Below, piece by piece: positions 11,420 through 25,413 of a stretch of 64,000 nucleotides of DNA. Both the position numbers and the translations under genes were made by a program. The notes under the pieces are model-generated. The model had not been told where the DNA came from and made no database searches. It was given only the letters and a program-made list of their open reading frames with translations. The stretch comes from Zygnema circumcarinatum SAG 698-1b (Eukaryota; Plantae; Zygnematophyceae), in NCBI GenBank assembly GCA_037447605.1, contig CM074818.1, positions 1,686,617 through 1,750,616 on the forward strand, given 5' to 3'. How positions within the stretch are numbered: position 1 is the first letter of the stretch; each line of letters starts with the position of its first letter.

Positions 11420-13940
11420 CTATGCCACAGTGAAGACCTGCCTCCCCTGTCTGCTCGCACTCAGATCAGAAATGAGCCGCCCGGCGGCCTCGTGCCCCGA
11501 AGCGAGGGCCTTTCCCACCGCCAAGCCGCCCCTGTGGTTGCCTGAAAGGGGGCAAAGGGGGCGAAAAAAAAAAAGACGAAAGAAAAAAAGAAGAAGAAAA
11601 GGAAAACCAAAGAAGGGTGAGGTTCAAGGTCCCATAAAAGGGTCGATTAAACGAACTACAAACTACAATCAAACAAACTGCAAACTACAAGCAAACAACC
11701 AACAAAATATAAAGTACAGAACTACGAACAAACAAACTACAAACTAACTACAAGCAAACAAGCAACTACAAACTACAAACAACAAACGAACTACAAACTT
11801 GAAAACCTTGACAACCCTAAGAGGTCCTGAAAAGTCTGAGGACCTCCAGTGTGGGTTTTACTTAGTGGGTTTCTGTTCGTTTTCAGTCTGCATGTTTTGC
11901 CACAGCCTTGGAAGCTCTACCCTTGGCACTGAAGCTTTCAGCCATGCATGCATTAGGCGCTTTGCTTTCTGCCGTGTCCCGGTATAAAAGCCATAAGGAC
12001 AAGGGAATGCTCAGTATTGAGAGGGAGAGGGAGAGGGGGAGGGAGAGATTAATCCATAAGGTAGCGTACCTGCATAGTAGAAGCCGGGTAAATCTTTCTC
12101 AAGTTTCTCAATGGCTTCCAAAACTTTGCCATACCCAACGCCATATTCAGGAAACGCTTCCTTCCACGCAACATGCCTGCATCGACGAACATGAGAAAGT
12201 GAAAAATAGTTTTTTGAGACGAGAGGGTAAAAGTGAACGTGCATTGGAGAAGGGGGAGAAGCTGACCGAAGCGCCAAGGAAGAGGAGAGGAATGAGAAAG
12301 AAGGGAAGCAGTTGAAGTAGGGGCATTCGGATACGAAGATGCAGAGGCAAAGGAATGATGATGGAGAGGGAGAACCGCATGGTTACATGAAATGAAAATG
12401 AGAATTTGTGCTATTGAAAGTAGATCATTTACCGGCTGAACACGGGAGGATTTACCACTCCCACAAGCTTCTGCAGGTCCCTTACTGCCATCTTTTGCAG
12501 CTCCTCTCTGTTCCCCCTCGAAAAACAGAACTAGATGTTATGAAAAAACGACGGGCCTTTCTTAAAATGAAAGGCCATCCACAGCATCAATTATGTAATA
12601 AGAGTAGGAACAGAGAATACGAAATCGCCACTTCCACAGTTACTAGGGTTCATTTTTAGGGTTACAAGAGCGAGCCTTTGTAGCTTACGAAGGCCGAAGG
12701 GCCAATTCGCGGTTTCGGCTCCCTCCGATGAAAGTCGTATAGAGGACGTGGCCGGAGGGAGCGCGATCGGGAAACATGAAGGAGGAGAAAAGAGTGCCTA
12801 TCTCCCACCCGAAGAGATATCAGGAAGCAGAGGGAGAGGGAGAGAGAAAAAGAGAGAGAGAGAGAGAGAGATACAGAGAAAGGAGGAGGGAGAAAGAGAG
12901 AGAGGAGACGGGGAGGGGGAGGGGGAGGAGGAGGGGGAGGGAGAGGAGAAGGGGAGGGAGAGGGAGAGGAGGAGGAGGGGGAGGGGGAGGAGAAGGGGGA
13001 GGAGGGGAGGGAGGGGGATGGGGAAGGAGAGGGAGAGGGAGAGGGAGATGGAGAGGGAGAGGGAGAGACAAACAAAGAGAGCCCCCGTTTCTAGAGCCTT
13101 TAGCCCTTACCAATGCTGTTTAAGCGGCTCGGTCCTTGCTCTACGCTGGGCACTAAAACCCCAAACCCCGGCAATGGCTTTTCGATATCTTGAGTCCGAA
13201 ATGCAGTGAATATCATGCTCATGGGTTGATACACAACGGGAGGAATTTTGGGCACATAGGGGAGTCCATCCTTCACTATTTTCACTCGTTGGAGCTTGTA
13301 GAGAGGGGCCTGGAAGAGGAAAAAGAGATAGCCTCGTTTATGTAAGTTAGAGAGTTTCCTATGCTTTTAAAAGGTTTTGAAATTTTCAAAAGTAAAATAA
13401 AATGGGTTGAATTATGAAGTTTCAGAACGCGGGTTTGGCTGAATTTTTAGAGCCAAGCTGGGGGTGCTTGAAAAGACTTTTCCGGATTTTAAAAATGATT
13501 CGGTCTCAAATGAAAGCTCGACTTAAATTGGATAGAGAGTATAGCGAGACCAGATCTATAATTTCAGCACAAATTACCTCTTAAAAAACTCACATCTGAC
13601 CATCGACTGGGCTCTACATTCACACGGCCAATCTTACATCCTCCCAAAACCCACAATTTTCCATTGCTGATGCTATGTCAAAGCATCAAAGGGAGGCAGA
13701 GGGCAGAGGGAGAGAGCTCTTCCACCGTGACAATGACTGCGTCGAAGCGCTGCTCCGTCTCCCTCTTCTCTCCCTGAGGGAGAGAGGCTACGCTCCATCC
13801 CGGCCCTCCCTTCTGAGTGCAGGCCAACTCCTGTACGGAGCTGTTCATTCGGAGCTTCTCGCGTCCAATGCGGTCTGCGAGGGCGTTTGGGAGAGTCTGC
13901 GAAAAAAGCAATGAGAGCAGCCATTGGAGCTTGATACTTG

Positions 13941-14009
<69 letters not shown>

Positions 14010-17000
14010 CACACTCTCTGTCTCCCCTCACCCTCACTTAATTTCTCCCACAAGTCTGAACCAAAGATCACATTTTTTTCCACATAGAAACTCTGCCCAC
14101 CTGCATGCCTCCTAAGAACGAAAACGAGCCTTTCGCTGGTTTCCGTTTCAGTTCCGTTTCCGTTTTGCTCGCCTTGCTTTTGCCCAAAGTGGCAGAAATA
14201 GCTCCGAGGAAAAGAGAGCCATGGCTGCATTCAAAGGCCCAATTTCTAACCTCACTTCAAGATTCTAATAAGAATCAGAAATGATTGAAGGTTCATATAA
14301 GGGGAAAGGATATTTGCATGAGAGAAAAAAGTTATTGACATGATTCGGTGACTGTTTTACCTCCGTTCCAATTCCAAAAGTTGAGGATAATTGTGTTTCA
14401 CCTGTGGCAAAAGATTCACCTCCTCATCAATTCAAAAACTTGAACCCTACAAGAGCTCAAAGGGCTAATGCACTGGTGTCCCTTAAAACAATTCAAACTA
14501 AAAATATTCCAACATTTCTGTTTTTTTCCAAACTAAAAATGGCACATATCGTAATGTCATACTTGTATTTAAAGAGTGAGAGACACAGGCTATGTCACCA
14601 TTCGTCCTCTCTTCTACTTATGTTAACAAAATTAGGTTTGTCAAAGGGAATGGATATGCTGCTCCTACAATGAAAGTCTCATAAAAAGAAAGCTTATGGC
14701 CAAAGAGCAGAAAGCGGAAAAAGGAAAGGAAAGGAAGTCTAATACTGAGGGGGAGGGGGAGGGGGAGGGGAGGGGGGGAGGGGAGGGGAGGGGGAGGGGG
14801 AGGGGAGGGGGAGGGGAGGGGGAGGGGAGGGGGAGGGGAGGGGGAGGGGAGGGGGAGGGGAGGGGGAGGGGAGGGGGGAGGGGAGGGGGAGGGGAGGGGA
14901 GGGGAGGGGGAGGGGAGGGGAGGGGGAGGGGAGGGGAGGGGAGGGGAGGGGAGGGGGAGGGGAGGTGAGGGAAAGGGCAAAACCCAGAGTCCATACTGAA
15001 AGTGAGTACGGATCGGAGCCCGCCGTGCCGGAACAAAAGGGGTCGGCAAAATATTCGACAGGCTGCAGATAATAGAGATCCATAAAGAAGGAGTATTATG
15101 CAAACCATTCGTCTGTAGAAATAGCTTTTGCAGTCAGACTTTTTGTAGGAAGTCCAGCCCATGTTTGAGTATTCCATCGATAGTTACATGTAAGTTTGTT
15201 GAAAGGGGGGAAAGGTGGAGGAGAGAGAGAGAGAAGGGTACCTCTTGGCCCAAATGGCGGTACAAGAAGTCTCCCAAACTGCATTCCAGCCGCCAAACTT
15301 AGTCAGCCTCCACATCCTAAGAAGGTCTAATTGCCGAAAAGGCATGCAGAGGAGGGAGTGAAACATTGCACGTGCAGAGAGAGAGAGAGAGGAAGAGAGA
15401 GAGAGAGTGATTGAGAGAGAGAGAGAAATAGAGAGAAAGTGGCAGGAGGGAAGGAGGGAGGGCAGACTACTCTCCTATACTGGACCTTCCGTACCTTTCC
15501 TCTGTCTCAACCTCTCCGGGAATATGAGGCCTCCGCTTCCACATAAAGGGCTCTGCCAGTAATCGCAGCTGCAGGCAGACAAGAGAGAGAGAGAGAGAAA
15601 AAAAAAAAAAACATTTTCCAGTCTCTAAGATGTCATATTTAGGAAGGCTGCATCAAGCAGATAACGGAGGAACCCTTCCTTATAGTGGTTGACCAAACTT
15701 GAGCATCTTCCAAACTAGGCCAAGTATCCTCTTAAGCTCAATACCCACGTTTTCCCTTTTCTGATGTATATGGTTCGGCTTCTTAGGAGGCTTACCTTGG
15801 CGGAGGTAGAGAGCAAATTTGTGGTGAAGAAGCCCAAAGGGTTGGTAGGCAGCTGCATCCAAACAGAGCTTCAACTGAAAGCTGAGCTGTGTGCTACCTA
15901 ATTGGTAGAGGTGGGAGGGGGAGAGAGAGAGAGGGAGGGGGCGGGAGAGGGAGAGGGAGAGGGAGCGGGAGCGAGAGAACGAGAGAGGAATAAAGAAAAA
16001 GGGGGAAAAGGGGTCCAAAAAAGGTGAGGGTTCAGGGTTTCTGTTGACCTGCACGGGTTTTCCATCTCGCACAATGAAGCGCTTGTTCTGTTGGCGGGGC
16101 TGCACAAAGAAACAAAAGTCTACTTCAAAAAGTTGAGAGTTTAAGCTTGACAAATGGCTCTTAATTCCCTTTGAAGAAAACGAAAACAACATAAATAAAG
16201 ACTAAAAAGTTGCTATATTATCTCGTCGTACCTGCAGGCATCAAGAAAACAAGATGGAAGCATTCTTTGGAACAAGCTAATGCATGGAAGCCTGATGAAT
16301 GCACTTACAAATACTCGCTTCTCTTCCAGCTGAAGCTCTTCTATCAGCTTCCCAACAAGAGGGCTGTTCTCGGCCTGCACGTGCACAGCCATCAAGGCTT
16401 ATCGCTTACAACAAGAGCCATACTTGCATACATAGTTTCCATCAAACAAAGAGAATTTTGACAAAAGGATAGTGGAGAAAAGACGACGGTTTCACGAGTT
16501 GCTCATTTGCTTCATCATGAAGACCTTTACAAATTGCAGTGGAAGAAAGAAAGAACCTACTCAATGTTGCAGCCTTTCCAAAGTGGCTTTGCATGGTTTA
16601 ACTACTTCTGCCTTCACATGGAGGGTGAATTGCATACCATAGTGTTGGCTCCTGTATCCCAAATGAAGCCATCTTTGCTGCAGCTCTGGATGACGCCACC
16701 AGGAGCGCTTTGGCTATCAAAAATAGTCACATTCAAACCTTCCTTGTTCAGGCGATACGCTGCTGCTAGGCCACTGCAGGTACTCCAACGAAGAAAGAAA
16801 ATCAAGGAGGAAGAAAATTAGCATACCTTCAAATTTCATGGAGAACTGTAAAGATGAGGGTGAAAATTCTAGAAATAAAAGGGATAAGGATATGGCAATA
16901 GACATTAAGAGGCTTCTCTGAGCAATTATCTTTGAAGCACTGTACTGCTGAGATTCATTTAACAGTCATATGGCATGAGATCAAGTGAAATTTGATTACC

Positions 17001-17410
17001 TGATGCCTGCTCCCACAACGGCGACAGAACCTCTTCTGTGGCCTGCAAACAAAAAACCGAGAATAATTTCATGCTCACTTCTTTTTTTTCCTCGATCTCC
17101 CCTCGTTGTCTCTTTCTCCTCTATACTCCTTTCCATTTCCTTTGCTTTTGCTGAGCATGGCTTGATAGTGTAAAACACGAGAAATAATTGCTCTACAATA
17201 GAAATTCACCGAGAAAAGGAAAAACAACCAACACACTTTATACACCGCGGTGTATCTCAAATGCTTGGATTCAATATACTTGCATTTGACAGCTATAAAA
17301 AATAAAGCTACAGACAAACAGCAACAAGAGTGATTACCAGAGTCAGGTGTGCTTGGCGCTGGAGAAGCTTTACTTGGCTGCTTCTCAAAGCCAGGTCCAG
17401 GGCGTGGCAT
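11420..17410 (-). CDS. PPO2: Protoporphyrinogen oxidase, PPO2 (mitochondrial-type), ~17 exons
   Basis: Exons (high to low): 17410-17338, 17042-17000, 16773-16638, 16374-16309, 16099-16049, 15852-15796, 15568-15495, 15278-15242, 15062-14997, 14401-14361, 14224-14101, 13896-13726, 13309-13111, 12797-12689, 12507-12433, 12176-12070, 11541-11420. Motifs [15 protein letters not shown] (FAD binding), [68 protein letters not shown] fit PPO2. Confidence 0.95.
14746..14967. repeat. Intronic (GGGGA/GGGGGA)n polypurine tract with G-quadruplex/triplex potential
   Basis: About 220 bp of near-pure G/A with runs of 4-6 G in a PPO2 intron. Confidence 0.95.
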
Positions 17411-17753
17411 GCTGAAAGGAGAAAATCAACGACTGTCTTCTGCTGCAGTTCACAGAAACTCCTCAAATTACAGACAGTGGTAGCAAGAACTGAAAAATAT
17501 GCACTACTATTCTTGGCGCTCTTGCCTCCGATAGAAACACCAAAAGCTTACTCAAACAATCCTGCACTCCCGCAGGCTCCGAGAGGTGAATGCTCAAGAG
17601 AGAGACCCATTCAAGAACAGAGCAGTAATTTTTCTCATAGGAACGTGAAGATTTCAGCTTCTGCAAACAGAACCTTATGGAGTAGAAGTGCTCCTCGACA
17701 CTCGCAATAGGCAATAGATGAAGCTCTCCTTCACAACGAGGTGAAGCAGGAAG

Positions 17754-19909
17754 ATGGAATTGGTGAAGCCATCAACTGCAGTGTTTGGTGCTGCAGATGT
17801 TCAAAAAGCGGTCTGCAGACATCGCTTATCATATCTCATCCAACATCGCATACTGCGAAGGGCGACAAGGGTAGGGATAGCGTGCAGAGCGGAGAATCCA
17901 ATGGATGCGTCTCCGCATGGAGTCCTCAGCTCCTGTCGCTGGGCCCTCAGTCAAGCCTCTTCAGTGACTGTGCACGAAGAAGGTAGGCGACATCAGAAAC
18001 ATGCAACATGTAAAGTAGTTTTGGTTCTAATTCTACTTCTGCTTCTGCTTCTGTTTCTGCAAATAGCAGAAGGTGTTATTCCAAGAGAATGAGTTTTTTT
18101 TTGTATACATTTCTAGGTTTGTTAGGAATTGCTGGCAAACAATGAAGGGTTACAGTTCGAGTGAAAGCGGGAAGTATTAGTAGAAATATCTATTTTCAGA
18201 GGCATTATAAACCAATAGAGAATAATCGAGTTGAATGCTTTCACTGTGCGGTTGGAGTGAAGAAAGGCAAAATGATGTTTATTAATTGTGTAGAAAAGTT
18301 GTTTTGGAAACCACATGACAGCGTAAACAGATTTTCAGCAATTCGCAGTTATGAGAATGTAAGCAACCAAGGAATGGTAGGGAATGCCTATGGCCTTTAG
18401 AAAATCTCAATAGAATTCTGAATGCTGGTCTTCCCACTTGAAAGGAGAATCGTTTTTTCACAAACTTGATCATCAACTTTACATTTTGCTGAAAGCAGAA
18501 TGTTTATTCTTTAATATGAGATGCAGAGTAGGAGCATCATTCGCTGCATTACATCTTAGTGTTCGCCTTTTGCTCTGCTTTTCTTCAATGGAGTTGAATA
18601 AATAGCAGACAGAAATCCATAGCAGATGGTATGGAAACCGAAAGTCGATGGAACTTCCCTAAGACCTTCAGAATAGAAGTATGAGGCAGAACAATAGACT
18701 GCTTGAAGCTTTTTTTTTCGGGAAAAAGGTTGTAAGTGATCTGAAAAATATTATGTATAGTGCACGTGAAGTTCTTGATAAGTTGTAATTCACTGCTCTT
18801 CTTGACTGTATGGGAAGTCAATTAGGAAGTCATCAAGTGTGAATGATTCATTGGTATCAATGACTGTATAAGCTCCACTCTTGATTTTTCCACTTGTACA
18901 AGACAAGCTTCACTTAAAGCCTAAGAGGAGCAGGTGATGAAGCCCTTCGAGTTATTGTTTGTATGTAGTTCAGATACGGAAAAATAAGTAATATATTTTC
19001 CGCTTTGTTGTGTGATGGGCGAGGGGGGGAGCAGCTTTGCGAAATGTAATAGAGAAGCAGCATGGACACATTCCGAAATTAAAATGGAATTTTGACAAAG
19101 TACATTTCTGCGATGGGACTCCGCTAACAGCGCAGTACATCCTTGTGGTGGATGCTCTGAACTTCTGCTTTTGGCCGGGTGCTTCATCTCCTTCTCTTCT
19201 CTTCTCTCTTTCTCTGTGTCTCTCTCCCTCCACACAACTTGAAGTTTGCTTTGTCTTGCTTTTGTCCCACTCCTCCCCTCCTTACTCTGGAGAAAACTCA
19301 ATCTTCCTATCCTCCTCTAGTTGAACTCGGTTTTGAGGTCCTCACCTTCCTTCTCCTCCTCCCTTTCTCTCTCTCTCGTCCCCCCCTCAATCTCTCCCCC
19401 CTCTCCCTTTCTCCCTCTCGTCCCTTCTCTTCTCCGCCACCTTGGAACATTCATCTCTTTTTCTCCTCTCCCCACCCAGACTCTCCCTCCCCCGAGAAAC
19501 GTTCTGAAGATATAAGGGCTCAAGTTCAGAGGCAGAGGAGGGCTTGGCTCTGCAGCTCCTGAGCTTCAATATGGCGATCTCGCGGGAGGGCTAAAGCGCT
19601 CTCTTGAGGAAGACCCTCATGCTTTGGATGCAGACCGGCTCGCCTCCTTCGATAGTGAGCCATCTCTGCCTCACTTTAGGGCTAAGCCTTTCAAGAGTTT
19701 TAGTTTAGTTTTCAATGTTTCCTGGGGTTGTTGCTCAGGTTGACAGTGGTATTTGTAGATGCAGTAGCCTCAGCTGACATGTTTGGTTCTTAAATAGGGA
19801 CGAAGCAAACAGTAATAAGAACTTTAAGATCTGATTCAGATCGTTTGTTTCCCTCTTTCCCTCCCTTCTTACTTTCTTCTCTCACTTTCATTTTTTTCTT
19901 CCCTCGTTA

Positions 19910-19982
<73 letters not shown>

Positions 19983-21788
19983 CCTCTCTGTCTCTCTCTC
20001 TCTCCCTCTTTCCGGGGCGTTGAGCAGGCGCAAAGCTCCGAGCCCTTTTGCATTGGCCGGGAGAGATTCCGCTGGAGGAGGAGCGCGTGCGGCTTGTGAA
20101 GGAGATAGGGGCGGAGCTGGGAAAGAGCTTTAATGGGCAGGCAGCGAACCTCATTCTTGCAGCCAAAGGCTCCGCTATCACTCTGGTGGAGCTGGTCACA
20201 GCTCATTTTCCAGGTTTGACCATGTCCCTTCTATCCCTCCCACCCCCTTATCTCTCTCTCTCACACTCTCTCTCTCGTTCCCTCTCTCCCTCTATCTCTC
20301 TCATCCAGTGTCGTTTGCATCTATCTCGCTGTCTCTCTGTCGCACACACAGACACCACTGCTTCCCTCCCTCCAATCCCCCCCCCCCCTCACTCTCTCTC
20401 GCCCCTTCCCCCTCTTCATCTCCCTCTCTTACCCCCCTCTCTAACATACAGGGTTCCGAGACCATTGTATATACCGCGGCCGGCAAATATTTTTTTACAA
20501 GAGAGCGCAGATTTTCGCAGCAGATATATGGGGGGCCTTTCAAGGCCAATATTTGGGCGAGTTCCGAGACATGACCAAGTTGACCATGTTCGCCGACTAC
20601 TTAGTCCCCGCGGTCCTCAGAGAGTGGGGGATAGTCACTTACCGATCTGACTTAGCCGAAAAAATTGACCGAAAGGAGGAAGTTCTGCCAGGTGCTTCCT
20701 CGAGGCTCAGTTTTGTGAATCTTCTTTGTGCGATTGCAAATCAGGCTTTAGTTAGTTAGCCAGGGTTTGGCGTTTATTTTCTGACTCCCCACACACTTCC
20801 CCACCCTCCCCCTCCCTCTCCCTCTTCCTCTCCCTCTCCACTCCCCCCCCCTCCCCCTCCCTCTCCCTCTTCCTCTCCCTCTCCCTCTTCCTCTCCCTCT
20901 CCCTCGTCCTCTCCTCCTCCCTCTCCCTCTTCCTCTCCCTCTCCCTCTCCCTCTCTTTCTCCCTCTCCCTCTCCCTCTTCCTCTCCTCCTCCCTCTCCCT
21001 CTCCCTCTCCTCTCCCTCTCCTCCTCCCTCTCCCTCTCCCTCTCCTCCTCCCTCTCCTCCTCCTCCCTCTCCTCCTCTCCTCTCCTCTCCCTCTCCCTCT
21101 CCTCTCCCTCTCCCTCTCCTCTTCCTCTCCCTCTCCCTCGCCCCTCTCCCTCTCCCTCTCCCTCTCCCTCTCCCTCTCTCTCCCTCTCCCTCTCCCTCTC
21201 CCTCTCCCTCTCCCTCTCCCTCTCCCTCTCCCTCCCCTCTCCCTCTCCCTCGCCCCTCTCCTCTCCCTTTCTCCCTCGCTCTCCCACTCCCTCTCCTCTC
21301 TCCCTCTCTCTCTTTCTTTCCTCCCTTCCCCCATTCGCCACCCATTCCAGTGCTCGGCTTTCGATAAGAAGAGAGAGGAGGAGGTGGGGTCGCAGGCTCA
21401 GAGGAGGAAGTGGAGATAAGGGCAGCCTGCATTGTGGCGACTGACTCCCTCCGTACTCTCCTCGAACAGAAATTTGGGGAAGAGGTACAGAGAGCCTCCT
21501 GCTGAACGTTAATGGTCTTTTATTAGTTCCCTCTGAAAATCGCTCTTTGATATTAACGCTTCAGACATTTTAGGGTCTTAGTCAACCCTAAAAATCCTGA
21601 AAATAATAGAATCACTACCAACTCAAGAAATCCTAGCAACCTTATAAGTCCCAAATCCTTAAATTTGAGTGAGGCTTCATGGTGGTTTGGTGCAGATTCT
21701 GAGTGTGGAGCTGGACTGGTGGCTGTGGGAGCAAGGCGGCTCCCTCCCTGGTCTGGTTCATCACCGCACTTTGACCATCTACTACTGA
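17754..21788 (+). CDS. QNG1: Queuosine salvage protein / queuosine 5'-phosphate N-glycosylase (DUF2419, C9orf64 family)
   Basis: Exons 17754 (or 17901)-17982, 19035-19178, 19556-19654, 20028-20213, 20452-20691, 21396-21484, 21696-21788. Motifs [68 protein letters not shown] and LDWWLW...HHRTLTIYY* are characteristic of DUF2419. Confidence 0.93.
20800..21330. repeat. Intronic (CCCTCT)n / (CCT)n polypyrimidine tract
   Basis: About 530 bp of almost pure C/T in a QNG1 intron. Confidence 0.95.
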
Positions 21789-23184
21789 ACTCGACTCAGG
21801 AAGAAAGAATGAAAGGACCTGACCTGCGGATACTGTAGTCGAGGAGGAAAGGAAAGGTGCAGGAAGTTGAAGTTGAACTTGAAGGGTTTATGGAGGGTTC
21901 AGAGCTGGCAATGGTTAGGAACAGCAGAACAGGGTACGGGTTTGGAACAGGAAGGGATGTGATTTCGGTGGTGGGTAGCGGAACTGTGTTTTGGATGAAG
22001 AACCTGAACGGCATTTCAGTTTGGCCTTTGCTCCTGTTCATCTCAGAAAATCCTCTGGATGTTTTCCCATGTTGAATTTGAATTGAGCTGTCAGCTCATC
22101 TTAGGTTCCCTTTTCTTAGCGTTAATTCACTCGTTTTCCGGTACTTCAATGCACCAGATTGGCTCCAATTCACAGCTTTGGAATAATGTATGCGAAGTGA
22201 GACTGAAGACTGCCAGGGGGTTACCTTTTGGGCTGCTCTTTGATGCCTCGTCTCCTCAAATGACTGAGGTACTGAAGGTAATGAATGAGACGATTCTGTA
22301 TCCATTGTTGTATACCCCTAGAGCTGTCCTTTTGGATGTTTTCTTATACTGAGTTTGTCTGTGTAGGGGTCGATTGTTAGTGGTTGTTCAAAGTATCAGC
22401 TGGGGACAGAAGAAAGCGAAATGGAGTGTGAAACAGAGCGAGCTCCCAAGTCCCCTGAGCCTGTCCAATTCTCCTGACTCAAGCATTGGACGCGCCTGCC
22501 TGCCTGCCTGCCCCGCGCTGCTGTAAGAACACAAGACCTTCAAGCAGGCCATTCATCTTCTCATAGCAAAAGCGCCACAAGCCACCGTTAACAATCAAGC
22601 CGATAAAATAAATCTTAAAAAAAGTAAAGGAAGTGTATTGTGAATAATGTATCTAGCCATGAAAAGGCTTCTCTAATAGAACCAATTATTCATCCCCGCT
22701 AAACTTTCGACTGAATCAGGTTCGTGTCAGAGCATGTGCATTTTTGCCAGCCCCATTCCTCACTGACTCCGCTGACTTTGTTGACCCTGTTTTCCTGGAT
22801 CCCTTCACATCTGAAGGCTGCAAAATCCCCACAAGGACAAAGCTACTCCAAAGATGCTCCTGGGCTTTGACTATGAACAAGTAGGTGCTATGAACAGGTA
22901 GTTGATCGTTCAGCACTCTGAACTAAGGAGAGGATTGGAAAAGGACCAGAAGGGTAGGAAGGAGGTTGGACGTGGGCAGTGGGTAAACATACTTGGAGCA
23001 GATCAATGAGGGACGGCGCTTAAAGATCGACGTGACTGGAGGAAGCAGCCATGGCTGCCAGCTGTGACGAGCGTACGAGAAGCAGGAACTGAGGAGTGTA
23101 ATATGTTGCGAGAGCAGCTCATAGGTACAAGGAATTGTAGGAGGAGAGGAGGACATAAGACAACTAAATGACCTTGCATCCGTG

Positions 23185-25413
23185 CTACTTGACATAATGC
23201 GGTTTTTTACTTCCTGACGATACGTTACTATCAAGGAAGCTAAAGGGCTCTCGTTTCCGCCTCTGCCTCCCTAAAATAGACGCAATTTTGATGACATCAT
23301 CACTTCTTTGCAACCAATGGGCGAAGCTCTGCATGGACTGATGCGCTGCTTGGAGCACTGCATCCACAATGGCACAGAACCTGAGATCAGATTCGGTAGA
23401 CAGGCAGAAGTAGCTGGAAAGTGATCAGTAAGCTCTAGCTGCTGCAGCAATGTCTTTCGGCTGTGCAGAAGTTAGTTTTAACATCACATGATGAGAAAAA
23501 TGAAGATAAGATGCTGAGTTACTTCATCTGCAGGAAAAGAAAGCTTCCTTAGGAATTTCACCTTTAGATGTTACACAACGTGTTAATCATAGAAAGGACA
23601 GCAACCGCCTACTAAAAGGACTACAGGGGGTTGGCGATCGATTGCCATGAAATAGTCCAACATGCTAGTTCTGAATCAAAACGAAGAGGATTCCAAGACT
23701 GCTTACAGTTCATTTCCTCCTTCACAAGAAGTTTCTTGTTCCGATCAATCTCTCGATCAGACATTGTATGGCCTCGTGCCAGAACGTCTCTGTACCTGCT
23801 CCTGAATGCTGAGAGCAGGAAAGAACTCAGCGTTCTATCAAAGACTCTGCATGTCAACCAGCACCATTACAAAGTCATTTTTCGATAGCTTGCAAGCCGA
23901 AGCGAATAAACAACGAAACAACAATCCGTCCTCCAAATCTAACAGTCTATTTGATCCACCTGCAGGAACTGACGAAATCAGGCATCAAACACTCAAAAAG
24001 AGCGGGGAAACAAACAATGTACACAAGTTGCGGTTCATCAGAAACGTATCAGCCCATTTGCCAGTTCCAAGGCTTGGCCTTAAGCTACAGTACCCGCAGG
24101 CCAACACTTGAGCAGCCAAAATCACAGCACTCACAAAGGAGACAGCTTTCCACCGAGCTCATAGTAATACTGGGAACATTCTCGAAGGTTGACGCAGCCT
24201 GCATCCGCTCGAAGTTCATTCCTTATTCTGCAGGATGACATCTATATGTCAATAACGTCGACATGTTGATTCAGCAATAATGGCTTCCTTAGAACAAAAT
24301 AGTGCCAACCTGACTCTCTCACATGCCTTTAGGAGTTCAAACATATGTTTCTAACAGCAAGGTGAAACATGGAAGAAAAGCTGAGGCATCCCGGGCAGTC
24401 ATTATCTATCAAGGAAAAAAAAATGCCTCTTGTGCTCACCGCTCCCCAAAGCATCTTGGCTGCCTGACAATCAGCATGTTCCGCTGTGCCAGTGCAGGAG
24501 TAATCCAGAAGGGAACGTCCACTTTGGCTCCTACAGCAAGCTGTTCATAACGTCAGACAAACAGCCAACCAGCATGTATTGACTATGGATGCATTGACGA
24601 CGTGGTATGACCATGCTAGTTTGGGCAATCTATGGAAGTCCCTGCAATAGGAATACAATAATAGCTAAAAGAATTCAAGAATGGCTTAGGAAGAATAAGA
24701 AGGATCATCAGCTATAGTCTCTATAGGCTCTGGCACTATTGGACATTATCAAATCCTGAGAAGGGGTCAGTTTATTTGCCCGCGAGTTTCATGACATGCA
24801 CCATTGTCTGAGTGAGAAATGACGACCAAGAATATTCGGCTATATGATTAAACAGTCACGTAGGTGATGACGGTTCCGCAACAGAAGCTCAGCCATTTCA
24901 ACCAACTCCAATGGAGGGGAGGTGCTTGATCCTTTTTCGAGTCAGAAAGTGTAAGTCAATAAGTCCTGTGAGAGTCTTGCTGAAATGTCAAAATTTCTAT
25001 GTGGCCTCTCGATATTGAGTTGCAACTACTGCGGAAACAAGGGAATTGGTTTACATCGTCATCATCGCAGCTTGGATCGAGGACACGTCCAACGCCCGTA
25101 ATTCCGGTTCTGAAGGTCACTGGAAGCCGCTGCAAGAATAACCAGCACTCACTCTTACAAAACTGAGTGGAAAAAACAAGTATGACCCGCGTTGCTTCCA
25201 ATAACGTGAAGCGATTGCACTTGGAAGATGCTTCTGGCGAGAGCATTAGCTATAAACTTAAAATGAAACTTGAAGTAGCCTTCACATAAATAATTTTTTT
25301 TCTTTCGTTTCGAACATCTTAACAAACACACGACTGACGGCAGCCATTTACTTGGCGAAATAAGTTACCTCTTCTTCCAAAAGAATTGCGTCAATGTTGT
25401 AGTAATCTGTCAT
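23185..25413 (-). CDS. PSF3: DNA replication GINS complex subunit Psf3 (GINS3), 6 exons
   Basis: Exons 25413-25369, 25129-25055, 24540-24440, 24227-24135, 23846-23707, 23357-23185, with consistent phases. Translation includes MTDYYNIDAILLEEE, GAKVDVPFW, ELRADAGCVNLRECSQYYYELG, LLSAFRSRY and KIASILGRQRRK, matching plant Psf3 (recalled). Confidence 0.92.

Noticed and set aside
17412-17612. Upstream in-frame exon giving PPO2 a plastid transit peptide (dual targeting)
   Set aside because: A possible upstream donor (~17551) would add only ~20 aa with no transit-peptide character. This is unsupported without transcripts.
22716-23234. Minus-strand ORFs downstream of PSF3
   Set aside because: No recognisable motifs or splice structure; probably 3'UTR or intergenic.
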